Under the pieces are notes generated by a model, which worked only from the letters and a program-made list of their open reading frames with translations, was not told the DNA's origin and made no database searches. From Camelus dromedarius (Eukaryota), in contig NC_087437.1 in NCBI RefSeq assembly GCF_036321535.1, forward strand, positions 28,584,001 through 28,648,000: 64,000 bases of DNA, given 5' to 3'. Shown here in pieces: positions 1 to 12,079 of the stretch. The first letter of the stretch is position 1; the number at the start of each line of letters is the position of its first letter. Made by a program: the position numbers and the translations under genes.

Positions 1-146
1 TCTGTGTATCTGAGATTGAAGAGTAAGTTATTTCGGCGTGTTTCGAGCACTCATGCATGTCTGTCTGTGTGAACAGATTGATGGGAACGTTCATGGTCAG
101 GTGTTTACTGATGGCAGGTGAGGCCTTCACTCTCTTCCTCACTCAC

Positions 147-209
147 CTTTGCTACCAAGAGGGCGATTCTGAACCCCGATGTGTTGCCGACCTCCGCCCA
201 GTGTTTCTT
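147..209 (-). other. Candidate exon (possibly the 3' part of a first exon) of an unidentified minus-strand transcript
   Basis: Perfect donor AAG|GTGAGT (plus strand actcac|ctt at 141-149), upstream tttttcag, locally CpG-rich. No recognisable protein. Confidence 0.25.
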
Positions 210-536
210 CTGAAAAATCTTGCCCTCCCTTCCTCTGACACTTTAAGTGCTGTTTGATATATTTTAGGTGCAGGAGGGGAAAACTCTTAAGGGGAAAAAA
301 GAAACTCTTGAATCAGTTCTAAATCACTGTCTTTCTATACACGAAATTTTATTTGTCTGACTGCCCCAAGAGACTAGCCCTGGAAAACAGGCAATCTAAG
401 AGAATATTTCAGTAATAATTGAAATGAAGTGACGATGACACTTGATTTGGAGGGATTAAAGTGTTTATGCACACGCACAGCTGAGCCAGGACATGACGTT
501 ACTCTTCAGGGGTGGGGGGAGGGAGGGAGAGAAAGA

Positions 537-553
537 GTGTGTGTGTGTGTGTG
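537..553. repeat. (TG)n microsatellite
   Basis: Direct read of the gtgtgt run. Confidence 0.9.
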
Positions 554-3287
554 CGCGAATCTTTTAAATGGTAGATTAAAAATTCGGTTGAAGTGAGGCC
601 TGGTATCCATATGGCTTTGCCTTTTGCAGTTTTCACAGAGAGTCAGTGAAAGCCAAAGTTCCCGTGTGAAGAAATTTGCTCATCTGACCATTTAGTGCTA
701 CTTTTTGGGACTGTGCCGCCTGGCATTTGGTCAAGGGCTGCAAGTTCTCCTTTGTAGTTCAGTACATTTTTTTCTAAAATTTATTGCGTTAAAAATAAGT
801 ACACTATTAATAATTAATACAGTTCTGTTACTGGTTGAGCTCTAGAAATATTTGTTATTTTTATTGGACCCCACTATTCAAGGTGCTGCTTTTCAAAGAG
901 AGTAGCTGCTCTGGAGGTGATTACCTAAAGCAGGGGTTCACAATCTTTGTGAGTAGCATCAAAACATCTGACTCTCTCCAATTAGGGATAGTATTTTTGG
1001 GTATCTTTTAATTGAAAAAAATATAACAAAAAGCCATTGTAACATTTTTATTAATCACAGCAGAATATCTGTGCATCTGAAAGATGGTATTTGAGATAGT
1101 CATTCCCCAGACAATGCTGGTTGTTGAGGTGTTATTGCCACGGTGACCACTAGGGGTCCTCAGCTCACAGGACCCCTGGGGACCTTGTCTTAAAAGTACA
1201 GTTTCCCATTTCATTGCAGAACCTTGACACTCTTGAAGTTTACACTTTGGAATGACCCTGAAAGTCAGTGACCTTCTATAATTCTCCTGAGGCACACTTT
1301 TGAACAGTAGCTTCTTTCTTGCAGGAAACAGTCACTTAACATGTAAGTGAATCTGTGGGACAGTGAGCAACAAGATTTTGCTGTTTTTTCTGCTTGGTTT
1401 TACACCACTCACTGATGCGTCTGAGGCAGGCTACTAGTTAAGGTAGTCTACTGTGTGTTCTGGAGAAAAACAACTATGTTACAATATTCAAGGATTTGGA
1501 AACTTTTGACAGCCTAGAACATACCTACTTTGAATGTTGAAAGTCTATTGTATTAACACCATGAAGAGATCCAAGAACGTGAAACTTGGAGATTTAAATG
1601 TGAAGGGATTTGTGTTGACTTCTCTTGACCTGTCAAAACAACACTGGGCCTCAATGAAGTGAAGTGGCCTTGTGCCATGGCCAGCCTTGGCCCAGCCTCC
1701 AGCACATCGTACTTGCCATGGTTGGTCCCAGCTTTGCTTAGAAGAGGCCTCGGCACCAGCAGCTCTTGGGGCGGGTGGTCAGTCTGCAGCCACCCTCAGG
1801 CTGTGGCTGTGCGAGGCCAGGCCACGGCCTCCTCCAAACTTCTTGGGAGTTGGACTCTGGGTTCTCAAGGGGCCCTGTGCACTCTGAACCCCAGAAGAGG
1901 AAAAGCAGATGTGTGCTGCGGCTGACCTGGGCCTGGGGCTCAGGGACTCTCCTCCCAAGAGCTGTCTGCACCTGCCCTGCACACCTGTCACCTCGGCGGC
2001 CCTGACCTACCCGCCACCCCACCCCCAACCCAGGCAACCAGGGGGCTGAGGCAACCAAGGGGGCCAGAGCAACTCCTTTTGGTCCTGTAAGGAAGCAGAC
2101 CCTCGGTTCTCTTCCTTTTTGGTTGCATGAGCTTTTATTTTTATTCAAGTGGTATTTCTCTTTTGCTAATTATGTTGGGAAATGGATAAAAATATAGCCT
2201 ACCCTTGAGTGTACCATTTTAGGAGAATACCGGCAGCGGCAGGTTAGGACACGGTTAATATATGTTACCATTAGCGGCCTGTTCAGGTCTTTCAGAAACA
2301 ATTTACTGAAGCAAAAGCCATCAGTTTCTTTCTCCCTCATTGGGTTTCATAATGACGAAACAGAGAATTTCTTCTCAAACAGATAAAGAATAAACCTGAC
2401 GGTTGGTTGATGGTGGTCGGAGTGGCCAGGTTGTTATGTAAATGCTAACTGCCATTCTCAATCACATTTGCCTCTTGGCGGCACCTGGGGCGTTGAATCC
2501 CTGCCCGTGGAATTTAGCAGAGCCTGGTGTCTGGGTTAAACTGCAGCTTCGGGTGGGTTTGTGTGATCCCACGGTGATGGGCACAATGTCACTGGAGGGA
2601 AATTTTAACTATTGCAACCACTGCATGTGCCGTGGTTATGAATACATCTCCTAGGAAATAAAAAAGCAGCCGGGTTCTCCATAGGAATGTCCCACAACTG
2701 CATGACTCCTCGGGCCCAAGTGCTTAGCTTATTAAATCCATCCTGGCACTGGCTGGACAGTTCTATGGGGGAATTAAATATTGAGGTGTACCCCCAAAAT
2801 TATAGCTGAAAGGCAACTATGGCTGACATTGCCCACGCAGACAGGAAGCGTTCACAAGAGAACACTGTGTTTACAGGGGATGTAGAACCCAGCGGTTATG
2901 GTAGCTCTGAAGGTCTGGAAATGAGTGAGCAGTCTGCAAAAGAAGTGCATGTTCAGACTTAAATTCAGAGCAACGCCATGCCAAAGAACTGAAAAGTTTG
3001 CCAAGCAGATCTCCAAAGTCCATTTAGAATGGCATACAGTACTGGTCTGGAAGGGAATATAAGCCTCCTTACTAAAGTCATATGGTGAGAGTGGCAAAGC
3101 TAAGCAGAAAACTAGACCCCCAAAGTCCCATAATATTACACGACTGTAGGCTTAGGAGGAAAGTGGAGAGACAGATGAAGAACTAGAAGCCTGCTGCAGA
3201 GGCTGAACAAAAGAAGCCTCATGACGTCAACTAGCAAGTTAACAGTCAAAATCTGGACACTGTAAATGGGGCTTCAGTAACAGGAAG

Positions 3288-3645
3288 TGTTAGGTGGTTT
3301 AGATAGAAATGAGCACTGGGCAGGGGAAGAGGGAGGGGCGAGGAACAATACAGAACACAAGGAACCTGAGCTGTCAATCAACCAGAGCACAGGGAACCTG
3401 AGTTGTCAATCAGTCAATCAATCAATCATGAAACCAGGATATAAAAGCAGGAAAAACAAGGGAACGGCGCCATTTTTCCTCTCTGGGATTGCCCCGCTCC
3501 CAGTTCTCGGGAGAGTACTAGCTTCTACGTTTTTACTTCACCAATAAAAATCTTGCTTATATCACGCTTTCTGTCTCTCGTCAAAAAACTTTTTTTCGGG
3601 TGACTAAGAACCGAGGTAAGTCTTGTTTCCCTTTTCCTGGTAACA
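3288..3645 (+). mobile_element. 5' LTR
   Basis: TG...CA termini, TATA-like GATATAAAA near 3438, AATAAA at 3543, followed by PBS; aligns with 16638-17006. Confidence 0.95.
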
Positions 3646-3652
3646 TTAATTT

Positions 3653-3670
3653 TGGTGCCATGACTCGGAT
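3653..3670 (+). promoter_or_regulatory. Primer binding site, tRNA-His
   Basis: TGGTGCCATGACTCGGAT matches the complement of the tRNA-His 3' end (TGGTGCCGTGACTCGGAT) at 17/18. Confidence 0.92.
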
Positions 3671-4077
3671 GGCATGCTTAAACCTAATCTTTCCTCCTTC
3701 ATTTCCCTCTCCCTCCCCAAGGCGAGCGAGCGGAGCACAAGCTCCTGGGGCCGGTTGCAGCAGCTGGACTGAGAACACAAGGCGTGGTAGGGAGACCAGC
3801 CACTGGCTAAACTAAAGGAGATCATTCCAATCAGACCACGGAGACGCCCAGCACACAGTGAGACTGTGGCCATTTCCCCCTTTCTGGAATGGACGCTGAG
3901 ACGTCGCTTCCCTCCCCGAATCAGGACCCTAGGACGCCAGGCACTGCTGATTCACGGCTACCCTCTAGGATGCATTTGGTTGTGGACAGAGGCTGAGACG
4001 TCAGCCTAGTCCGTGGGCTTTTCACCTTAGGACGCTAAGCTCTGGAAACCCCCCTGCATCCTACCCTTGTTTTTCAG

Positions 4078-5520
4078 ATGGGAAACCAAGAGTCTGTCCC
4101 TGCTGGGACTCCTTTGGGCTGCATATTGGCCAACTGGGACTGTTTTGATCTACAAACTCTCAAAAGAAGAACACTTACATTCCTTTGTAATGTTGCTTGG
4201 CCACAATAGCGACTTCCCTGCGAGGAAGTATGGCCTATAAGTGGGAGCATAAACTCAACTATCTCGTTCCAGCTTGATCTCTCCTGTAAGAGACAAGCCA
4301 TATGGTCTGAGATACGATACGTTAAAATTTTTTACTTACTGAGGGAGAGCAATGATCTTCCAGAAGGATGTAAGTTAACCACTCAGGTAATGGTTAATAA
4401 CCTACTGTCCCTGACACCCCCTAGAGAGGGGGACTCTCCTAAACCTACGCCCTGCCCTGCTCTCCCTACCGTATACCCCTCATTTCCCTCATACTCAGGA
4501 AATACACTGCCTTCAGCTCCTCCATTACCTTTGATAGCTAAGACCTGCCTCCTGGTAGAAACAGGTGGAGAATTTGGTCCTCAATTCTTATATAAGCCGT
4601 TCTCTCTGGTAGAACTGAGATAAATTAAGACTGATCTGGGAAGCTATTCAGAGAACCCAGATAAAAACAGAGAGGCATTTCAGCACCTCACTCTGGCATA
4701 TGACCTCACCTGGAAAGATGTTAATATCATCCTTGGCCAAACCTTATCTGACAAAGAAAAGGAAGGGTTCTCAGAGAAGCCAGAAAATATGCAGACAGCC
4801 TACATCTGTCTAACGATAAGTACCCCAAGGGGGAAACAGCTGGGCCCCGATGGGATCTTAATGACCTTAACCAAAAGTGGGAAAGAGACCGTTTTTTAAT
4901 CTGTGTTAAGGTAGGACTCCAGGCAGCCGCACAGAAAATTACCAGCTATTCTAAGGTGTTAGCTGTGAGTCAGGCGCCCGGAGAAAACCCCGCTTTTTCA
5001 GAGCGGATCCGGAAGACACCCACTAAGTATACTCACTTAGGCCTCTGCTCATATGAGGGACAAATCATCTTAAAGGATAAATTTCTTACTCAGTCTGACC
5101 CTGATATTAGACGAAAACGCCAAAAGGCAATCTGGGAACCCATAGTAACTCTTGACAAACGCTAACCATTGCTGCCACGGGTTTTTGTTTTGTTTTGTTT
5201 TTAAATTGAGATCAGGTACAAGAGGCCAAGGCTCAGGAGAAGGAAAGAAGGAAAGAGGCCAGACAGGCCCAAATGATTACAGCCCTTCAAGGGCAGCCGC
5301 CGTCCGTACGTCCTCGGCCCCCAGCAGCCTGAGACAAGCCTGATGATCAATACTTCTGCCTCTGACCTGGTCAGTGGGCCAAGAAAGGTCCCCATAAGGA
5401 CAAATTTTCAAGATCTGCCTGCTTTCGGTGTAACAAGCAAGGTCATTGGGCGGCCCTCTGACCCTCAAGCCAAATGGCCCGTGGGGGATAACCGACCTGC
5501 AAATGGTTGTCTGGGACTGA
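4078..5520 (+). pseudogene. gag: Degenerate ERV gag, unit 1
   Basis: ATG at 4078 reads MGNQESVPAGTPLGCILANWDCFDLQTLKRRTLTFLCNVAWPQ* (class I matrix); capsid-like YKPFSLVEL and LKDKFLTQSDPDIRRK; zinc knuckle CFRCNKQGHW near 5420; stops and frameshifts. Confidence 0.9.
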
Positions 5521-6980
5521 AGGAGCCCCCTCCAGTCAGCCCCAACGCAAGACATCGTCATCACTGGGCTGGAGCCACGGGGACAAGTGGATGTGGCAGG
5601 TAGGACAATCACTCTGTTTTGGATACCGGGACCACCTACTCTGTACTAACATCTTTCTCCAGACCCTTCTCTAGATTCTGTCCCGTCAAGGGAGTCAGTC
5701 ACAGGTAAACCGACCTTAAAATTCTTTACTTTCCCCTTTGCTATTTATGGGATGAACACGCATGCGCATGTTCTTTCTCACGTGTGCCAGCACGTCCTAG
5801 CCCCTCTTTAGGCCAAGATCTTCTTTACAAGTTGAGAACCCGAGTTATCCTGGGAGCAAGTCTCCAAATGTTCACCTCTTTACAACTCTTACTGCTCTCT
5901 GGGGAAGGAGAAAAACCTCCAGACCCAGAGACCTGGGAGAATAAAATTAATCCTGCCGTCTGGGATCAAGGCGTCCCAGAGCGAGCAAAGACGGCTGCTC
6001 TGGTTGTCACCTCCCTCAGAGATCCTACCTGGTTCCCTAATTGAAACAATATGTGACTTACTTACCTGCTCCCATACTCGAGAACAGGCCATCCAACATG
6101 CAATCCAAACCCTTCACTTCTTGGCCTAGCGGGGGTATAAAGTTTCCAAGTCCAAGGTCAAAATGATTTGCCAAACAAGAGGTCACTTATCTAAGAGTTG
6201 GTCTGACTCCTGGAAACCATAAGCCTTTCCCCTGAACGAATTTAGGGAATCTTACAACTCCCTAATCCCTCTACTTGAAAGCAGCTCAGGGCATTTCTCA
6301 GACTAACAGATTCCTGTAGGCTTAGGACCCCTAACTATGGGTCCATAGCCCAACCTCTACATGACAGCTTACAGGGTAAGGGTGACTCAGTACCTCTCCA
6401 GTGGGGTCCTTCCCAACAGGAAGCAATGGAAGAATTAAAAAACCTCCTAGTAAGATCCCCAGCCTTGGGGCTTCCAGATCCCACAGGCCCTTCCAGTTCT
6501 GTGTTCATGAGAGAGGAGGAATAGCCTTGGGGGTCTTCACGCAACGGCTGGGTCCTACCCAGCAGCCTAAGGGATACCTCTCCAAGAGGCTAGATCCCAC
6601 TGCTTGAGGCTGGCCTTCCTGCCTAAGAGTGTTGGGAGCCCTCTCCGCTCTCCTGAGGAAGCTTTTAAGCTAACTCTGGGGTCCCCTATACAAGCATAAG
6701 CTAACCATCAAGTTTCTGACCTTTTAAAAGGCAAGGGACATTCCTGGCTCTCAGATGCTCGGCTTCTTAAATATCAGGCATCATTACTGGAAAACCCAGA
6801 TGTCACTGTCTCCGTTTGTGGGACACTCAACCCTGCTACACTATTACCACCACCAGACCAGTCTCTTCCCTTTCATATATGTCATGAAACCCTATCCATT
6901 TCTCTAGGAGCTAGAACAGATCTCACTGACCAACCCCTGGAAAACCCTGATGAGATCTGGTTCACCGATGGGAGCCACAT
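5521..6980 (+). pseudogene. pol: Degenerate, internally deleted ERV pro-pol, unit 1
   Basis: Protease DTGTTYSVL near 5622; INPAVWDQG; damaged YVDD region at 6047-6065; GYKVSK and GYLSKRLDP; RNase H start DLTDQPLENPDEIWFTDGS at about 6920-6977, after which the rest is missing. Confidence 0.88.
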
Positions 6981-6989
6981 ATTCCTGGG

Positions 6990-7595
6990 AACCTCTTAGT
7001 GATCTGTGACTGCTTTCCAAGCAACACTGGTGACATCGCCCTAGGGGACTATGGATCCCTGACAGATAAACCTCTTTCTTCAATGTCTCCTGGTTCAAAT
7101 CTTTTCTCTTTTAGGGCCCCCACCAAACTGTTTTAATACTTATTTGAAATGTCTCTGACATTAGGGTCCCTCTTTTTACTCCTCCTTTAGTTCACTGGAC
7201 TAACTCTTCACATCTGCTTTCTAAAATCGAAACCAACAGAAAGCACAGAAATCAATTTTTTTAAAAACCCTTGTTGACCCCTTTCGTCCTTTGGCTAGGA
7301 TTAACTCTATATATTTGCCCTCCATCTTTTCAACCTTCTTATGAAAAGTGTTTCTTTTCATCTAGAGATAAACTTCAAATGATTATTAAGAAGGTAATCA
7401 ACCAGTCAGCCAAGACCACTTATATACAAGCCCCTCGATGAACACCGACCCTTTGCTCACATCCTGCCCAAGGACAGCCAGCTAGTCTGCGACCCCAATG
7501 AGCTCCATCATCTCCCCGGATCAGCAGGAAATAGCTAGAGCGGTCCTCGCTTTCTACGTCCCCAAGATTTGGGGTCCTATGACTAGGGAGGGGAA
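6990..7595 (+). pseudogene. env: env C-terminal remnant, 3' untranslated region and polypurine tract, unit 1
   Basis: TM-tail-like IFNLL...IKLQMI segment near 7320-7390; tract AGGGAGGGGAA directly before the LTR start at 7596. Confidence 0.65.
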
Positions 7596-7737
7596 TCTTA
7601 GGTAGCTTAGATAGAAATGAGGACTGGGCCAACGGAGAGGGAGGGGAAAGGAAAAACCCAGAACACAAGAAACCTGAGTTTTCAATCAACCAGAGTGTAG
7701 GGAAACTGAGTCGTCAATAAAACAATCAATCAGTCAC
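7596..7737 (+). mobile_element. Truncated middle LTR (U3 part only)
   Basis: TCTTAGGTAGCTTAGATAGAAATGAG aligns with the first ~140 bp of the outer LTRs, then homology stops. Confidence 0.9.
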
Positions 7738-7934
7738 AAGGCCTGGGAGTGACTTTATGAGACGTCTCTACGAGACAGGGAGCCCCTCCATGCCCAGGCC
7801 TGGGGGTGGAGGCCCAGAGCACCCTTATCATGTGTCTATGAGACTGGAAGCCTCTCTATGCACATGCCTGGGTGGAGGTGAAATGCACTCGTATCATGCG
7901 TCTATTATACAAGGGGACACAATTACACAGGTCT

Positions 7935-8351
7935 GTGTATGAATATGTATATATATATAATATGTATAGTATGCATTATATATTTATATATACATATATA
8001 ACATACAGATATATTTATTATGTGTATATCCATATGCATGTCATTGGATATATATATATAACATATATATACACATGTCTGTGCATGGATATGTATATAT
8101 ATAATATGTATATTATATAATATATATGTATATATACATTCAATATATAGATATACAATATGTACATTATATATTTGTATATCCATACACATGTCAGTGT
8201 ATGGATATATATAATATATACATATGTCTGAATATGTATGTATATAATATCTACATTATATAATATATACATATATTATAAAATATATACATATAATATA
8301 ATATGCATATATAATATGATATATGTACATATAAATTATGTATATTATATT
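7935..8351. repeat. TA-rich low-complexity repeat with internal palindromes
   Basis: Alternating TA/CA/TG; 13-bp perfect inverted repeat at 8178-8190 and 8197-8209. Confidence 0.95.
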
Positions 8352-8395
8352 GGTGTACATCCACCTCTAGGCCTGTCTGAGACCTCAGCTCATAG

Positions 8396-9036
8396 TGTTA
8401 GAGCAGGCAGATAGCTAGATATGAGCAGAGAAAGGGGGACACAGACCAAATGGCAGGAATTGGGCAGAAAGGAGGGGCACAAGCCAAATGCAGGAAACAT
8501 ACATAAGCACCAGGGGTCCCTGGGCAGAGAAAGAAAAGCAGGACTCTTTGGGCTGATAAAAAGCCACACCTTTTGGCCTGGAGACCAACAAAGACACATC
8601 AGAAAGGCAGGAATTTCCAGTGTCCAAATGTAACTTCTGCTCATTATGCACTCATTTCAATAAAATTAGCTTACAGGTCAGAAGTACCCATCACACACCT
8701 AGGCCATGACACTTCTGACCCAGACTAAATAAGGACAAAAATCCCTCCTCCTTTCAGGAAGGTGGAGTTGGGGTGATAATCAGAAAATATGACACCAAGC
8801 CCTTCCCTCCTCAATGAATATTCCACCCATTCATTTTTACACCCTATGTAACTAACTTGCCAAAGAAACTCAGAGCAGCCGCTGAGCTGAGCCTGCCTGC
8901 TCTCCCCTGGAGAGTGTACTACCCATCCTTTAATAAACCCTCACTTTACTTTTCTTTTTAACCTCTACACCTTGTCTCTGAATTCTTTCTGGGATGGGTC
9001 AAGAACCTGGAACACTGGATGGATCCACTGGCATCA
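8396..9036 (+). mobile_element. Solo ERV1-type LTR of a different family, inserted in gag of unit 2
   Basis: TGTTAGAGC...GGCATCA, AATAAA near 8932, perfect 4-bp TSD ATAG (8392-8395 and 9037-9040). Confidence 0.9.
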
Positions 9037-9072
9037 ATAGGAGGGAACCAATTATCTTTTTGATTTGTTTGT

Positions 9073-9430
9073 TTCAGTACAGGTAGAGTTATTTAGAGAT
9101 ACATCAAGAGACAAAAGAATGGCCAAGAGGTGTGGGGGTTGGGTGCTCAGAGTAGAGTAAAAGTAGGTACACACTCCATACAGTGTGCAGGCCACGTCCG
9201 AAGAGGGAGAGAGGGGGCTGCGGCCTTGGGACTGTCTTGGTGCCTGTAGGCATGTTGTTCACCATGCTAATATATTACAATGGGCGTGTAATGAAGGTCA
9301 AGTTCTACTAGAAGTCAAATCTCCCACTATTTGAGCCTCAAGGTCTCCTGGGGGTTGAATCTTTCGCCATTCTTGTGTTAATTGCTGTGTTATTCCTTGA
9401 ATGGCTGTGCCCTGCCCCCTGCCTGTCTCA
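9073..9430 (-). mobile_element. 3' LTR (U3-R) of the inverted ERV, lacking U5
   Basis: Minus strand tract TGAGAGGGGAA then TGAGACAGGC; 9073-9225 aligns with 14471-14627; ends about 15 nt after the poly(A)-signal position. Confidence 0.85.
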
Positions 9431-10517
9431 TTCCCCTCTCAGAGATTTTACTCCCATAATCTTCTTAAGGGGTTGTAAAGGGAGGTTGTTCCATCTTCTG
9501 AAACCACTTCCAGGCTGAGGAGGGCCATTGACCCTGCCTATCAGGGAGCAAAAAATCTCTGAATGCCTACTCTAGGGGCCCCAGGGGCAGGACAGCCTTT
9601 TGCTTTCGTGTCCAGAGTGCTGAGGGTAAGGGCCATCATTTGACATGGGACTGTTGTAACCCACTGTTTCCACTGACTTCTGATGAATTTTTTAAAAGAT
9701 GAAGTACCTTTGTAACAACTTGACAGTCTGTAACAAATTAAGACTTAAAAGGCATGGTTAAATATCTGTAATTGATAGAGACTTATTTGTAATGACTGGA
9801 ATTATGACTGATTATATTTAACTTAACATATGAAATAATCCTAGTTAACAATATCTGAGATGTCTCAGGTTTTCTTTAAAGCATATTAAAGTTAGCTGGG
9901 GCTACAGAGAACTTTTAGAATTTGTTAGATATTTAAAATCCTGATTATGTATGAAACTTTTTCTTCTTTTGTAGTTTTTTATGAAACTCTAACCGAATAC
10001 ATACATCTTACTTTCCCACTGTATACAAAAATGCTTATTTTAGGAGCTTTAATTACATATGTTATAATTTTAACCCTCAAAACCTTTATTTATTTATTTA
10101 TTTACTTACTTATTTATTTATTTTTCAAAACCTTTAAATTTCTGGCAAAAACCAAGAAGCAAGCAACTGTGAATTGGTTGTCCTATCAACGTTTCCTGAC
10201 TGGAAACTTATGTTTTAGTTTTTTTTTCTCTAAGGCAAAGGTAGATAAATTTAGATCTGCCCAGCAATTAATGTTTTAATAATCTATAAAATACACAGAT
10301 AGCCAGTGAACTTTTTAACTTAGTTTTAAGTTTTAAGTACCAAAATTTGGAGAGACAATTTTAGGTACATACTTTCAAAATAAAACTCCTATAGAATTTA
10401 CCCCAAATCTCTTATTTTGTTTAGTTTTTGAAAGTATTTTTACATTGAGTTACTTTTTTTTGTTGTTGACAAATTTGTAACAGGTATAATAAACTTTTGC
10501 TTGACCTCTAGTAAGCC

Positions 10518-11079
10518 TAAAGGAGGATTAATAAAACGGCCACACTCATGCTCACAGATTGCTCATTCTTATGCTTGCCCTTAAAACGGTCAACTGACTA
10601 GTTGCTACTCACAGTTACAGGCCCATTGTTAAAACTAAAGCTATTGATCTTACTATTTCTACTTTATTCCAGTCATTGAAAGTAATAATCAAGCTTGGTC
10701 TCTGAGTTCTTTTTCTCCAAGGAGAAGGTCACAGGACTGTAACCTTACAAAATAGCCTGAATTACCAGGAAGACCACACCTTGAGTGCTTATGAGATAAA
10801 GAGATCTAACCACTGGCCTCTATAGAACTGGTTGCCTGGAGGCATCATGTCACCACTCTAAGTCTTCTGATGAGAAAATGATTCTGTTGCTTGTTATCAA
10901 AGCTTTATTGTTTGAGCTATATAACAACCCCACCCCATCCCCAAGGTGGGTTCAGTTTTGAAGGCACTAGCCTCCTGTGAGTCCCCTTTGCCCAGCAAAG
11001 CAATAAAATTGCTTCTTTTCTTCTAAGCCCCAAGACCTTGTCTCTGGGCTGTTTGGCTTGCTACAGATGGGGGGCAACA
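10518..11079 (+). mobile_element. Solo LTR nested in the inverted ERV
   Basis: TAAAGGAGG (TG decayed)...GGCAACA, AATAAA near 11002, near-TSD AGCC/GGCC; flanks rejoin as agtaagcctaggcacaac. Confidence 0.65.
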
Positions 11080-12079
11080 GGCCTAGGCACAACTGAAGTA
11101 TTACCCTTGACACTGATGTCTCTAAAGACATGTTTACATTAATCAAACCAACAAGCTTAAGCTAGCTTCAGTACCAATACCAGTACTGAATACTTTTTAG
11201 ATAACGTGAACCTGAAACTTACTTTGGCCAGTTTTCTCTATGTTTAAGTATTTACATAAGTACTTAATTTCTTTTCAGCCAATTAAAGAGCTCTTCTACC
11301 ATTTAATTGTGCCAATACCATACATCTATGACATACAGACTGGACTCCTTATAGTTTTCATTTAAAAATTTCAGTCATGAATCAGATATAACAAAGTAAA
11401 ATGCACTGGCTCCAAAAGAGGTTGGATTTAAACTGGGGTTTTTGGCAGAACAAATCAAAGTTGCCCATCTAGATGGCTAAGCCGTTTTACTAATATTTAT
11501 GAAAAAGAGATAAAATTTTTACTCGTCCTCAGCAAATTAAGTTCCAAATTATTTATCATCCCCCCCCTTTTTTTGAAATTTGTATTTTAAAAAGATGGTG
11601 AGATCAGAGTTCCTGAAGAAGACAAGGTAGAATATTTGTATCTCAAAGGCATAGGAAGGCAAGTTTCTCCTAGGAAACTGTTTTTTAAAGGCCAGAAAAA
11701 AAGTCTTTTTTTTTTTTTTTTTAAACACTTGTCTCTGAAGATAAATACACAGGGGAGGTTTGGGGAGTGGTAGAAGTGTTAGTGGGCTTTGTATCCCTTC
11801 TGGAGCCACATCTGGTCCTGTAAAGACTAGATTTGTAAAACAAAGACAGTTTTGTTTTTTCTCATTTAGCTTAGGGGAGACTTTTCCAAAAAATTTTTAT
11901 TAGGCTCCGAATATCAGCTATGGTCAGTTTAGTCCAACTGATGGCCTCCCATTTGGCCATCTATTTATGAACACTTTTGAGGAGCCTTCCTGGGTTTGAG
12001 AGTTTTTTTCATTAAGGCTCTTGGTTTGGCCTTTGATATGAAGAGGCTGGCCTGTGGCCTCACGTGGTCCCATTTCTGG

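Noticed and set aside
1..28. Plus-strand donor GA|GTAAGT at the window edge
   Set aside because: Too little sequence to assign an exon or gene.
3222..3229. Perfect CRE (TGACGTCA) 60 bp upstream of the 5' LTR
   Set aside because: A single 8-mer with no supporting context.
6990..7420. Domesticated env (syncytin-like) gene
   Set aside because: Only a short, frame-broken TM-tail remnant is visible; I could not recognise a signal peptide, furin site or immunosuppressive domain.
7872..8272. Tyr/Ile-rich ORFs
   Set aside because: Translation artefacts of the TA repeat.
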